Numbered from the stretch's first letter, positions 37,373 through 52,004 are shown. The stretch is 59,056 bases of DNA from Catajapyx aquilonaris (GCA_000934665.2 KZ538609.1:1-59056), one strand, 5' to 3'. Notes: generated by a model not told the origin, from the sequence alone. Made by a program: numbers and translations.

Positions 37373-38559
37373 TTAGTTTTCATGAACGTGCAGAATAAAA
37401 AATACTCGAATCTTCCATATAAGCCCGGATTTGCAAAATAAATCCCCCATTTTCTGCATCAGAGGCTCACATTCCACAGTCTCGTAGACTTTCGTATTCA
37501 GGATAAAGTATACTGTATGCAAATGTGTAACGACTTGGACTTACGCAGTATATGTATGCAATTTAGTAAAGGAGTACAGTACTGCATGTGTAGGAGTGTA
37601 GCATTACGTCCATGTATAAGGAATAAGGATAATGATCTGGGGATATCAGAAGTTAGGCAGTTATATGTACGCTGACTCATTTTGTCGTGGAATGGTCCCT
37701 GAGGCGTATGATATGCTCTTTCAAACATTGCAACACTGTATTTCGCTTCATCTAGGCTTCTAGGACCTGACTGATTTGACAACTTCAAGAGTCACTACGG
37801 ATTTTCTGAAGTCCCGCCAGGACAACTTCACTTAATCTAACTTTATTGGGGGGTTTTCCCCCACGAAAAGGTTTTTTAAGGTATTGAAGTGGAAACTGTA
37901 CCAAGCCAAGCTTCTCTGTATAGTTTGGAATTTAGATTCTATATAATGGAAGCTGACAAGATTAATTGTCCGTGAGGGTAATAAAAGCTACTCTTTTTGC
38001 GTAATATGACGGTTCTAAAAGCACATTTGGAAGGCCGGAGTTGCATTGCCCAACGAAAAAGATATGAATTGATTAGCTCAGTAAACCGTTTTAAAATCCG
38101 ATATCCGTCTTAGTAATTTGGCGGGCAGATTGTAATTACATACCATATAAAGACGACTGAATCAAAAAGATACTTATGTTATCACAAAGTATATTGTGAG
38201 TTAAAATGAATTCCGTGTTTGTAAAAACTCTGCCTCTCGCCCTTTTTTTATCGATTTATTTATTTACACCCTCCGGCATTTCGAATATATGTTTATCCTA
38301 TTTACCCTGAAATGTCCTGACTAGTAGAGCAGCGGGATACAACGTTAGAGTTTGTACTTTGTAGTTGAAATCGGTTTAGCTGTTGGAGCCGGTGGCTTGC
38401 CCCCGGGGCTGTCAAATGCACAAGTGAACTTCAGTCATCAGCGAAGTTCAAGTATTGCGCCGGGTTTCCGTCTGCCAACTGCGAATCCTGAGTAACTTTT
38501 TCACATGCAGACGACGTGAAAGTCGCAGATGGACTGCGATTAATTCTATCAAAAATATA

Positions 38560-38800
38560 CCGAAGCAGGTTGGTGTAGTGCAAATCAGGAGGTCCTGGGT
38601 TCGATTTCCGGGGCCGGCGATCCTGACCGTGGTTTTCCATAGTCCCCCCAGGATAATTCCGGGGTCGCTTCCGTACAATAGGCGACAGCCGCTTTCCCTA
38701 TATATCCTTCCATCCATGTGTGAGGAAGATTTCAGAAAGATTGAGTGTTAAAATGGTGGTAGTCCACTCCCCCTAATGGAGCGCCGATTCTCCCAATATA
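38560..38800 (+). mobile_element. tRNA-derived SINE, family C (degenerate)
   Basis: GGGTTCGATTTCC B box and shared core. Confidence 0.6.
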
Positions 38801-41800
38801 TAGGGTAATATAAATAAATTAAATATAAATAATTATATTAAAAATACGCGTTTATCCTGACTATTCAGGGCAATCCCGTCTGCCTTTTCAGGCGGGACAG
38901 CCTGACCGCCAGGATAAAACTATAGAGTGAGGCGAATGCTGGCGAATGTGCGAATCGGTGCAACGCCTGCGAAGTCCATCAGTGGGCATGTCATCATATG
39001 CACTGCTGGGTATTATTAAATGGTGAAAAGTATGATGAAGAGTTCTCTTAATGCGTGTGTTTTTTTTTTTTAACGGACACGTGGCCCCATTCTGCCTGCA
39101 GGAAAGCGTGCATGTGCACATGCACTTTGTGCATGTAGGTTAATAACATTGGACCATTGACTGCACTGTTCATGATTAATTGCAGTCAGATTGCAAGCGA
39201 CGCAGCCCGGTTCTGGGGAAAAAGACGAAACTGAAAAAGATACCTTGAATGCGCCTTGTACAAATGGTATATTTTGTGAATGTCTTCTGGGTAACATAAT
39301 ACCGCTAGGGAAGTCAGGTGTTGCCATGGCATTCTGTGCATTAAAGTCTGAAAGGGGGATTTTGGCCATGCAGGATGTGCAATGTGCCGTATAGTTGGAA
39401 ATAGATACGACCTCCAACCCCCCCCCATCACAGCACTTTCAACTCCCTGTGCTGTGGTGCGAACTGACTGCATTATCTAGAAATTGCGTTGTTGCATCCT
39501 ATTTTTAATTTCACAGTTATAATGACTTTAATGAGCGTATCCAACACTTGGTGAACATGCTTTAATGTTCCGATCACTATGAATGTGCAGTGTACCACAA
39601 AATTAAAGGACATTTTGACTCTCTGCAGCGGAACAGTATATACAGTTATCAGGCATGTTTTTTTTTTACACATGTTTACTGTAAATACGCTACAGCATTT
39701 TGAGCTGCGCCCATTCTGTTCGTATAGAAAACGCCATTATCTCGCCTCAGCTGCTGCAGGCCAACGTACACCTAGCATGTGCAGGAAACGTGTCGCGATT
39801 TCTCACCGCAGTTGCAAATGACTTTCCAGGTCTTCAGGCTCGAATAAATGACAAAGTGTGATTACGCACGTGCTCCGACCGTCCTTGGGGGGCGGAAAAA
39901 AACGGCGCAAAAATTTTCCGCGCTTTTCTCCCCAAATTTCGGACAGTTCGTCGCGACATCGAATTGAACCGGGTTTCCAATTGGCTAAAATTCTCCAGCT
40001 GACGTGTTCCTTTTTTAAAAAAAAAGTGTTCCAACACGTCCGGGCCCCTGCTAGAGCATACGGGGCAAGCCACTTCTGGAGAAGACTTTTGGGGGTAGGC
40101 AAGAGGGGGGGTGTAGAGGGAGGTGTGGGCAGGGGGCAGGGTTGGTTAGAGGACAGGCAGTCGATAGTCTGACTCGGCCACGGGATCCTCGTCGTTTTTG
40201 GTCTCTGGCATGAACATGTGTTCCGTATCAGGTTACTAGTTAAGGTGTCAAGGGTGGGGGGTAAGGGTACGGACAACGCGGCCAAAATCTCGTGGGGCTT
40301 CCAGGTGGTTCAGGAAGATATGCATCATTCGCAGAGTGTCTATGGGAGGATACGATCCTGGATCCTGGACGATGAGGACTTGGGCACCTTCCGGGATGCG
40401 CTCATCAGCAGGAAGGTTAGATTGAGGGGGTTGGGATTACTCTAGAGCGTGTGTAAGCCTTGGGGCGGATTGTTAGTCGGATGCCTTCAAAGGAGGGTGG
40501 TTCATTTGGGAATTTGTTTATGCTAAGGGGGTATTTGTGAGGTAGCCTGTGGCCTATGAGTGAAGTGGTTCAAATCCTATTAGGGAACGCGGTTGGTAAA
40601 ATGGGGAGGAAATTTGAGGAAAAATCCGGCTGATGTATGTTGGATGTGGAGCTTGCTTTGATCTTCGTCACATTTCATCTTCCTCTATAATCCAGCATGC
40701 TGCGGTTTTTTTGTGGGCTTTTGATGCGAGTCGTTGCCTGCTAAATTGGTAATTGAAATAGTATAGATGAATGTTCCGTCGTTTCTTTGGAAATAGCCTG
40801 TACTGTTATGAATGTTCGCTTTCCGATGTAGGTGGGTCAATATTCGGCAACGGTACAAGTTGTGGTCCCAGTGGAGTATATGTGGTAAAATATTTACATA
40901 TTCAATTCCAGTCATATGCACATTGCGTAAGAACCCTTCAAAGACATCAAGAACATTGCGTATTTATAAATTGCAATTTCCTGTCCCGTTTGAAGTTTTG
41001 AAAGATGAATGTTTGGAGGAATTTCCTTTTGCAGATTTCGCTTCCAGACACCATGCTCTGTATCTAGAACGAAATTGAATTTATGTTTGAAATTTTGAAT
41101 TCGAGTATTCAAACCATGCTGTTGGGATGCATAGGTTATTGTCTCATATCTGCTGTTCGGCGGTGGGAATTGCGTATGGCTAAATACATTTGATAGAGCG
41201 GGATGAAAGAGATGAAATCATTAAATGACATATCATTACTGTTACCCGTGTTCCCAACGTACTGTGCATTTCTTCAGTCTTGATGTATTCCTGACATGTG
41301 CGGCTATCATGTATAGGTCACCATATCTCTTACTCCGGTATTGAAATCTGCGGCACGTAATTGGGGGCAAAATTTCGCATGAATTCATCATTACCGTTAC
41401 TGTCACTACCGCCTATATTGGAATGTCAATATCAGCACCGCTTATTTGGTAGCAATATCGTAATAACAGCACGTAAAGGTCGTGACGAAAGTCCGTGAAA
41501 CATGGGCGAAAATGTAAAAAAGTAGAAAAGAAAACGTCCACGCCACTCACAATTTTTTGCACATAAGATAAGGAAAAAAATGTGTCTTGGGTAGAATGTA
41601 GAGAAGTACTGAAATAATTTCATACGTGTAAATACATAGTGCAGAAAATTGATTATGGTTTAAATGCAAACATAATTTTTCCGAAGTTGCAATCCTGAGT
41701 TTGCACCGTTATCAAATATTGATTCAGGTATACCGATTAATTTCCTGGATTATTAATGACTAGGCTACTACAGATTTCACCTGCCTCAAATCAACATAGA

Positions 41801-42651
41801 CCACTTATATTTGTTTAACGTAGTACTCTTCATTTGTAATTGCGTTAAACCAACAAAGACTGTTGATTTGACGTAATTGCTTCAAGAGAAATTACATTGA
41901 AGTAGACCCAGCTGAATTGCCAGGCATTTCAATGTAAATCTAGTTCTGTCTTAAAATGGTCTTAATTAGCCCAACTGGCTCTATTCAAGAAATATGCGGG
42001 ATTTAATTTTGTGGTTATGTCATGGGCTTGCCAGTTATTGGTGGAAAAGTTTTGTTTGCTTTGTTTTCCATCCTATATAGTATTTCATAATCTGGCTGCT
42101 GCGCCTCTGCTCATTATAAAGTTTTAATTTCATTAGGATGCATGGTAGTCCCCAGAAGTTTTGCTTTTAATATTTCACACGCCTCTCTGTGAATACTAAT
42201 CAGATAATGAAAGGAAGATGTTTTGCAGGCAGTGTTAATCAAATACAATTTTTGTGTGTGTGTGGGGAGTATAGAATTACATGACGTAATCTACATGTTT
42301 TGTGCTTTCATGCCCATATCTTATTCTCACAAACTTGCTTTTGCTGAATTATTCCGTCCGCTTAACTGCCCCATAAAACGCGGCGAGTCTCTCTCCTTTT
42401 CTCGTGCTTTCAGCTCGTTCAGCATAAGCAAGGCGATGAAATTTGCACGAGATGTCGGCAGACTGTATTAAAAAAGGAACCAAGATGCATAACTAAGAAA
42501 GCAAAGTTATATCCTTAATAGGATGTATCTCCAGCTGAAGGCGTAACATGATGTCATTTGAGCATGAATTACACCCGCCTGAAATATTTGGATACAGAAT
42601 TATTTGAACCTACGACCATGCAAGGTATTGCGAAATGAGCTAGGATTGGGG

Positions 42652-42923
42652 NNNNNNNNNNNNNNNNNNNNNNNNNNNNNNNNNNNNNNNNNNNNNNNNN
42701 NNNNNNNNNNNNNNNNNNNNNNNNNNNNNNNNNNNNNNNNNNNNNNNNNNNNNNNNNNNNNNNNNNNNNNNNNNNNNNNNNNNNNNNNNNNNNNNNNNNN
42801 NNNNNNNNNNNNNNNNNNNNNNNNNNNNNNNNNNNNNNNNNNNNNNNNNNNNNNNNNNNNNNNNNNNNNNNNNNNNNNNNNNNNNNNNNNNNNNNNNNNN
42901 NNNNNNNNNNNNNNNNNNNNNNN
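42652..42923. other. Assembly gap (N run) flanked by G runs
   Basis: 272 N. Confidence 0.99.
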
Positions 42924-45900
42924 GGGGGGGGGGGGAGGGGGCTGGGTGAAAGCTTTCACCCGTAGCGATAACTGAGGGCGATATGGGCATTTCCGCGGTA
43001 CCTTGTCGTGGTGGTTTCTGCCTATTCATCTACAGTAGGTTCGAGAGTATTCCCGGCGGTGTTTCGGTCGAGACATGCTGGAGGGATGGCTCGGCGTGTG
43101 ATGATTAATTAATGCCCGGCTTTAATTATTTAGGGGATTCTTCTTTAAACACGACTGTTAGGGAGCCACATCCAATCAGAAGCGACAGGTTTCAAGAGCT
43201 TTGCGGTGTGTGTCACCATTTTGATGCAGGTGAGGGTTCTAAAAAAATATTAAGACCAGCTCCACTCAATGTGGAATAGTCAAACCCCAGGTAGCACACT
43301 TCGTCGGCCCGACATCGCCAAATGACGCCGGGCCAATGTAAAACGGTTAACTTTTTGTCACATCGGGCCGACGTTGGCATCCGATGTTGGGCCGATGTTG
43401 GCATACAGTGGCCAAAAGAATACGTACTTATTCTTTTGGTTGCTTCAAGACCAGGATAAAGTGGCCAAAAGAATTTGAACCCCATAGTACATATATAGGA
43501 CGGAACAAAGCTGGGTAAGAGCCAACGTAACTGTCTGATATGGTTGATTGATTGCAGACAGTTGACTCCATAATCCTGTTCGTGTATTACAGTTGGCGAC
43601 CACCAAGTTATGTTGGTCCGGACCAAATTGGGTTCGCTGATCCTCGGCAGTTGTCGCCAGCATTAAGAGTAGCCCGGCGTCGGTTAGCTATGGGGACCAT
43701 TCCATTGGTTTTTTGGAGCCCTCTCGCGTAGTGTTGTCGCGACGGAGGAAGAAATGGCTAACGTGCTAAGAAAGCGAATGGACGTGTCTCTCGTTGATTG
43801 GATCCTCGGAGAAAAGCCGCGGACATTCATCTGGCCAGAACGAGGCCCTTTTATGAGCTCCCTTTTTCCGCCCATGCCCAATTTCGGGAAATCGTTAAGG
43901 AAACATGGCAGTTTTTTCTCGTGACTGCACAACACTGTTGTGGGACCAAGCTCAAAACCTCCAAATTGGAATTAACGACTCTCTTGGGTCAAAACAGGAG
44001 GAGGAAAAGGACGTGTTTTGTAAAGTTGGAGTGAGAAATGATGCTGTTTTAAATACGTCAATGTGGGTATGCTTTTAAATATCATGAGACTAATAGAGGT
44101 GCAAGGTTATGTGACATGCTGGTCGATTTAGGAGCCAGAACCTAACGTATTTTAATGAGAAAATATTGCGAGGTCGATTAGATCCATTTGCCACACCATT
44201 TGTGTGATTAATGGTCGTATTTCTTGGGCTGGGAATGTAGGGATTATTCGAGTGTAAAGGCAGTTAGTCTAGCGGAATACATATGCAATCAATAGTGCCT
44301 TGGCCCAAATTTGGGCCTCTATGCAGGGATATGATCTCACTTTCTGGAGTAAATAAAGTTTTAAAATATATAGGATCAGCTTGTTGTTTATGTTGTTGAC
44401 TTACTCCCACTACCAGTGTATTGTGGTATAGACACAAAGGATTATGTACATATGTAAATATATGCCTATTTTTTTAGAGTGATTACATTGGCTTTTTCAC
44501 GATGATCATAGCTGCACTGTACAGTTTATACTGTAAAGATGTGGCTTAAGTGAGAGTAAATGTTACAATCGAGTGGGTGTTACTGTAATTGTGTCCATTA
44601 CTCCATAGTGCTTTTGAGTTATGCGGTCAGGATGTGTGTATGCTTTTTATAATGTAGGTGCTGGGGAAAGTTCTATTTTTATCAGTCACAGTGTCTCTAT
44701 AGTGTCGAGTGAATGACGCATGTGATGTATGAAACGTGCGTGCCATTTTCTGCCTTGAGTACTACTTGCTTAATGACAAGACTTGAGAGAATTGCGCCGT
44801 GAACGACACGTTTATAAATATAACTTTCATGAAGCATCACATTACTCAAATGACATTTTCCAGCCCTATCAGCAAATCATCTTAATCCCGTAAGCCCTGT
44901 CGTAAGCCTTTGATCACGAGAGTTTCTGCAAGTTCACGGATTTTTATTTCCGTGTTTTTTGCAGCGTAATCCTCGCTATATATATTTTTTTAAGCGCTTG
45001 AGCTCGAATTATTCGACGTGACTATGTACATATTCAAATTCCAAGGCAGAAGAGCCCATAGACAGTATTGGATAGCCTGGAAATCAATGTCCACAAGAGC
45101 TGGGAGCCTGCTGGGGAAATTTTGCCCTTGAGGTCGTACTATCGACCGGCTACTACTACGCTAAAAAAGCGAACGTATTAGCACCCACTTTACACGAAGG
45201 TGGACCAAAATATATTTTACAATCAAACACATTTTAGTTGTAAACATCACGGTTCATTTTGTGATGTTCCTCCAACAATTTTTGATAGATATATGAAGGT
45301 CATGCCTATAGGAGTGACGCGGCAGAGAGTGCCATTGATTTTCATTCAGATTGACGTCGCTCGCATTCTTGATTAAGCTTCTCATTCATGGGGAATTTCC
45401 TCTCAAATTAGTGAGTGGCTGCCAGGGGTTCGCTCAGGATTCATCGTGGCGGAAATATATCGGAGGGGTAGATTGTCGATTGAATTTTTGGAGGAGGATG
45501 TGTGTATTTCCGGAGTGGGAAGCGCACTTTTTTTTTGTGGGAGTGTAAATAGATCATGTACTATTTAAACGGTGCTTTTTTTTTGCATTGTGGTGTATCG
45601 AATGGACCACCGAATTAGTCATGAGTCTGACCATACGCGCTTGGGAGCCGAATTCAATTTGGAATCGCTTGATTATACACATGGACATTCGATTTTGTAT
45701 ATGACGGTGTTACATTGTCGAAGCACTGATTTTATAGGCAGGGTATTTTCAAATGAATTGAGGTATAAACTTATTAGGATGTTTATTAAGAAGTTGCAGT
45801 GTAAAATTTAGGCACAGTGGAACGGTACTTATAGTAAGCGAAAGCCTATTAGGTTGAGTGGAAGGGTTTATAAGCCCTGAATTGAAATATTTGCATTAAG

Positions 45901-45996
45901 AACTTTCTAGGCCAGACCCTCGCTCAGTGTTCAATAACAACACTTAATTCGCTCTTATGTTAATATTTTTGTTGCACCTAAAAGTAACTGTTAGAG

Positions 45997-46201
45997 CAGC
46001 GGTTCCCAACCTGCTGGGGGTCGCGAAGCCTTTTCCGAGGGGTCGCGCATGGCCGCGGTAATTTTTATAAATTAAAAAATTACTAAAATTACTTTAAAAA
46101 ATAATAACACTTTATAGGCTATTTCATCGCGAAGTTTTTTTCAACACTTACTAACACTCGGGGGGGGGGGNTTCGCGCCCGAAAAACGTTGGGAACCACT
46201 G
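45997..46201. mobile_element. hAT-type MITE (same family as 18730)
   Basis: CAGCGGTTCCCAAC...GTTGGGAACCACTG ends. Confidence 0.75.
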
Positions 46202-49200
46202 TGTTATAAAGGGTTATCAGCTTAAAGACTACATTTTATAATAGCAGCGGTTCAGATTAGACACTTTTTGCATATAATGATCACATTTCTGTTGGTTGCC
46301 TTAATCAGATATTAATTCCTCCAAATTCAACTTGCTTCATTATACTTATGGTCACCAGATATGGCCAATAAATAAAAGGCTTCCGGCAATGTCAGGTCGA
46401 GGAGGCAGCAATTTGGAAACTTCGTGTAGCCTCCTGACCTAACCTGCCCTGCTGCTGCACAGGGAATATTAAAAACCCTTATGAGGGCGGGGCTATACCC
46501 AGTGGTAGTTTAAGACTCGTGTTGTGGGCCCATTTTTTTTGCCATATAATCTAGTTTAGTAGTTAGCAGGGTCCGTAATGACTAATATAGGTTACAGTAT
46601 ATTTTTATTCTGGGTTTAGGAGCTCAAAATTTATGGTCCTGATTTCGATCTAGTTCATTTTACTGTGTGTGGGGTTGATGTATTTTGCTCCAAAAGCTAT
46701 TAAACAATAATAAATTACTGCAAATGAGATGTAACCTGCAGCCATTCCCCCATCGTGATATGTATCACGTTATAATTGCACATATTGTGCGAGAAGCAGC
46801 ATTAATCTGGTGCTTACTGTAATACTCGGTAAACACCCAATGAAACTCTTGTTGACAAGGGAAGTGTACAGGTTTGTGTATGATCTCGTGACCATTGGAG
46901 CGAGAAAAGCGAAGTTAAAATCATCCAGATTACCAGTTACAAGGGGATCGCTGCATTGATTATGAAACGCCTTGAGCTAAAGTTGAGGATAACACGCGAT
47001 CAAGAAGTAATTTTGGCGATCTTGAATCAGTATGTCAAAGTGCGACATATACTGTACTGTATAAGGTTGAGAAGGAAATATTGCCACTAGATTATGTGGT
47101 ATTATTGTTTACTTTTATCAGCGTGGTGGTCATAATTTCAGGATGATTTTCTGCAGCCGCGAGTGTCAGAATAGGTTTTTTTGTTGGTGTTTTTTTGTGG
47201 TACAACATTAAAAAAGGCCACTGTTCTACATTTTCCGTGCTAACGAGATTTTAAAGCCGTGTAAATTGCGGAATTCTATTTTAGAACGTTTCATTCGATG
47301 CGGCGGGACTGCTTGCTGGGTCTTATTATGCATACGACATTAATTTTCGTGTTTGTTGAAAGTTTCTTGTTATGAATATTTTGTCCGGTGAGAGAGTGTG
47401 GGTAGCACTGGAATTTTTATCATTGAAAAATGGTAGCTCGTGGACTCGGCTTCATTAAAATTTATGTTGTTCCCTGGGCCGGAGAGAAATGGTTTGTAAG
47501 TCATACTTATCTCATGTTACAAACTTGCTATAAATCTTTAAAATATATTAGACACTTTGACAGCTCGAGGGAAGATGGTAAATATCGAAGTTCGAGTCGA
47601 TATTTTATATTGATCTTTAATTCTACCGACGTTTTAAACCACTGGTTGTCACTGCCTCTACTGAAATAATAAACCCCCTTGCATAGCCCCTATACACATT
47701 TGTATATTTGAAATCGATATCCTGTTGCTATTCACTGAAGTAAACAGTTGACTTCTGATTTCCCGATGGGATATCTATAAGTCAATAAGAGGTCCCACAG
47801 CAGATCGCACTTCTTTCACTTTCGGTGAGGACTCGGACCGGGTATTTGTCGCTAAAAATACCGGATGGTTTACAGTGCAAGATCCGATTCCATGAGAGAA
47901 GTCTTGATTATTTTGCCAAATAACCACTTTGTAATTTGTCGTATTGCTGTGGTATGGCTCCTTTTCTTGATCAGAGGACTTGATCAGGGCACCACCCTGT
48001 ATAGTAACACCAGTAGTATAGACCGAAAAATACAGTCGCGAGAAACGGGGTATACTTTAGGTTCTCCAACGATTTCACTGTAAAACCGGTGATATCCATG
48101 CTACAACGCTATATTGTACAGTATGGTATGTCAAGAATGTGACGTCCGCTATAGAGTTGAGAAATTGCCTCTTTGACACTGAACTCGTTAACGAGTCCCT
48201 GACCCAATGGTCCGTCTCCATATACATTTGCTAAGAGACAATACATATACCCGTCACATTAACAGTGCTCTCCTTTTGCTGAAATCAATACATGAAATCT
48301 TGCGGTGAATATCCCACCATGTGGCCGTATATTTCATTTTCCTTGTCTGGCAGGCGCACGACAAGAACGTTGCGCAATGTCTGAAAGGAACTTGAATATT
48401 GTGTATAACTTATTATTGTATCCGCATATGGAAAAAGTTTCATAAGGCACAATCTGTAATTGCGTAACTTTCTTCTTGTGCGCCTACTACAGTATAGTAG
48501 CCTTATAATAAGGGATATATTCGAACGAATTTGTTGGCGACAGACATTTATTTTCCGGTCCATTTACATTTTACGACTATAATAATGTGGGTACGCATCG
48601 TTACTCTTAAGACGTGCCTCTGCAGCGAACACACCCGACGTCATTGATGAACCTGTAAAAGGAACAATATTTGTATTCAAGTCATGTATGCGTGTTCAAC
48701 AGACTTCCAGAATAATTGATCCCTCGCTCCGTACAGTGCACCCGAATATTATACGAGGGTATCCCGACTTCGAATACAGACCTGTCCTGCAGTCAAGCGG
48801 GCCTACGCGGCTACAAATTGGCCGGTGACATCCCCTCAGGCTTGGATCCCATTTTCCCACGCAACAACTGGAAGGGGACTTGTGGGAAATTGCACTTTGG
48901 GGGTAATGGTGTAAAGGTGTGGGGTTAATTATTCCAGCAGGTGCCGTATCCGGTTCACCCGCGCTAGTTCATTTCGTGTCGGTCGCTATCAAGTTTGTCG
49001 TGAACGAGACTAGTTTTCCCGTCTTTAGAATATCCGCTCCGGTGGTTTTTTGGATCGGTGCCAGTCCCCCCAGGATGTCAAAATATTGTCGCTCACTCGA
49101 TTTCCTCACCTGCCCCGGAGTCACACGCAGTTAACCAGATTTTTGGGTAAGTAATTTCAAGCCTGGGAAAGTTTGGATCGCAGTTTTTCCTGCCTTGCGG

Positions 49201-51309
49201 CTAAAGGCAAACTTCCAATTGGAAGCCCGCAAAATTGAACTCGGGAGTTTTTGGGATTTATTTTTTTTTTCTTTTTCGTTTTCGGAACGAATAGTTGGAA
49301 TTCCTGCTTTATTTGATATTACTCGTGGGAAAGTTTTGTTCGTTTTAAATGGTTAGCATATCAAAGGGATTTACTTCCTTCAGAAGTTGTATGGCTTTTA
49401 AAATTTTGCGCGGCGCGGCGTACAACTTCTATTCGTATCAACTAAATTAAAATGAGATTAAATTACATTTAAACTTTTGATTGGCTTTTCGGTGGCGTGG
49501 TGGTGTGCATACTGTACCCATCTTTGCGCAGACTTTTTAGGAGCGACGAATCTGCTCAAATCTGAGTTTTTTTTTTACAAGATAGCACAAAAAAAAACAA
49601 ATAAAGGGGATTAATAGAGGGAGTGACCTGATTCCGTGACGTCTGCTGAAGAGTCAACATTTGAGAAGCAGTTGTAAAACGGACTTATCCGCGTTCACAG
49701 TTGATCCCTTCGTTGTCCGGAGGCATGGGATTATACGTCTGGATTACCCATTTTATGAGATCGAGCAAACCTTCCGGGCAGTTTAACTCATGACCTAAAA
49801 ATGGCCCAGAGGGTATTGCCGCCGGATCGTTTTCAATTTCCATGCTTGGCATACAGTACACTGTCCCAGTTTTCTATCTGCACCCATCCTTAAAAATGTG
49901 GGCGTTTCAGCCGCAAGTTGCCGCCAGTGCCGACTGCGATAACAACGATAAGGGCATACAACCTAGTTATCCTGACTGATATGAGTCACAACAGAGCATT
50001 GCCTTCAGGGGGGTCAGGTGACAGGTAAATTGACGACGTCCTTGATGGAAACCCTACAAGAGTCTCCGAAGTTGCCGTTGCGGGTAAATATCTATAGCCA
50101 CGTACTACAAAGGCTTCTGGTTTGGAAAAGCTTGAGGGACTTTTCGATAGCTACCAATATGTGGGGGCCCCATTGTCATGTCTGCGCCAAAGGAAACTGT
50201 AGATGGAGAGATTTCAGACAAAAAGGAGGTCAACAACTAGATTACTTGCCATAGCAACCATGGGGGGGCCTGTCTCTCTAAGAATCCTAGGATGCAAATG
50301 GATGTCGCGGTAAAGTCTGGCTTTGAATCCCAATCGCCGGCAGAAAAACCCGCCATTTCTCCACTCTTCCCCTTGGTCTCATCTTACGGGTTTGGAATTA
50401 TTCATGAGGATCAGGCCGACTGGTGAAGACAGAATTCAACGCTCCTTGCATTGAGTCTTGAGTTGTGAATGTGATTGGATGCCATTTTGTCTCTGGAGAA
50501 GGTTGCAGACGGTTTTTGTGGAGGGAATGGCTAGGGATTCCTTAGGAGTGATTCGGTCCGACCTGCTCCGCCCCCGACCTGCCACAGCTTCTATTGGAAA
50601 ATGTGGACTGATGGGAAATCGGTTCATCGCCACTGCGGATATCTACAGCTTTTTTTGCTGACCGTTCTCTCTGGAGAATTGTGTTTTCTCGTCTGGAACT
50701 CGGAACATAGGTTTGGGGGGCGACTCGAAGGGTCTGAGCAAACAACTAGAGCCATTTGGCAATTAACGCCCCATTATATGCGATGGGGGTGTTATTTCAA
50801 ACGGCGCTAATGAATATGGTGTATATCACGTTGCGTTGACAGCCACAGTGTATGGCCTACTGACATGTGGCTGAGGCTTTTATATCAGGTCAATGCGGCG
50901 AAAGGGAGTAATTGATTGTTTTGTCATCGCATAGATGAGTCATACTACCAATATTGTGTTACCACATATCCAGAAATGTTGGCAGGTCAGTTACTAGGCT
51001 GCGTAATATCCATGTGCTCTCTGATAGGATCCGATTCAGAAGGAATTTTTCGCGACTTAGGATTAGGGAAACGCATGAGGCAACTTACGCTGTACTGTAT
51101 AGGTCATGTTCATGTGCACTAGATTAGGGATGAGGCTAGGCATATCTGAGTATGTATTTTAATTTATTAAATACCGGTACAAATAATTTTATTCCCAGTC
51201 ACCACGTATGTAGGCCGTATTTGAAATGATGGACCCTAGGGCCCAAATTTTTCTTCTTGCGTGTATTTGGACGGGGTTATGCAATAATGGGTCAACCCAC
51301 AAAAATGTC

Positions 51310-51580
51310 AAAATTGAGTTAAGCCCAGGAACATACACCCAAAGGATAGTACTTCATTCAGTTAAAATCAAGGTGGAGAAATCTGCATACTTCTGCCACA
51401 AATGACCGAAAAGTCAACTCACGAATGGTGTGCATGGACGGTGTTATGAAATAATTTGTCAACTCGCACATATGCCAAAATTGAGCTAAGCCCAGGAACA
51501 TATACCAAAAGGATCCTACTTCACTCAGTTAAAATCACGCTGGTGAAATGCGCATACTTCTGCCATAAATGACTGAAAAG
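51310..51580 (+). repeat. Direct duplication of ~100 bp with ~167-bp period
   Basis: AAAATTGAGYTAAGCCCAGGAACATA... occurs twice. Confidence 0.7.
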
Positions 51581-52004
51581 AACACTGGATTAATTTCACA
51601 GGTGTGACCTTCAAAGCCCTTTTTCTCAAAACTGTTCTCATATGATTGACTCATATTGCATAACACCGTCCATTTATACAGGATGGTCCAACAAGGAAGA
51701 AACACTGGTTGCAGAAATTCAGCTTGCATAGATTTTCAGGGACTATAAAGTGCTAGGTTACTTACAACATTACAAATAACTGCTTCCCTTCCTCTTTGAG
51801 GGTGAATAAAGCAAAATTAGGTGACCATTTATTTCGATATCGTATATCGGCCATTTGTCAAAATTACGTCACAGTATCGGCTTGGGGAACAATTTCCGAA
51901 GTAAATATAAATGTTTGGCAATCTGTTAGGGTCATTACCGAGGCCCATGGAGATTTGTAGACAAAATATCAGGTTGGAAACCCAGGATGAGGCATCCTTT
52001 ATAG

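Noticed and set aside
42600..43029. ORFs spanning the X run
   Set aside because: Artefact of the N gap. The gap also means the link between MTMR exon 1 and exon 2 relies on correct scaffolding
50601..50810. Another alternative MTMR first exon
   Set aside because: The nearest donor is weak and in phase 2, incompatible with exon 2
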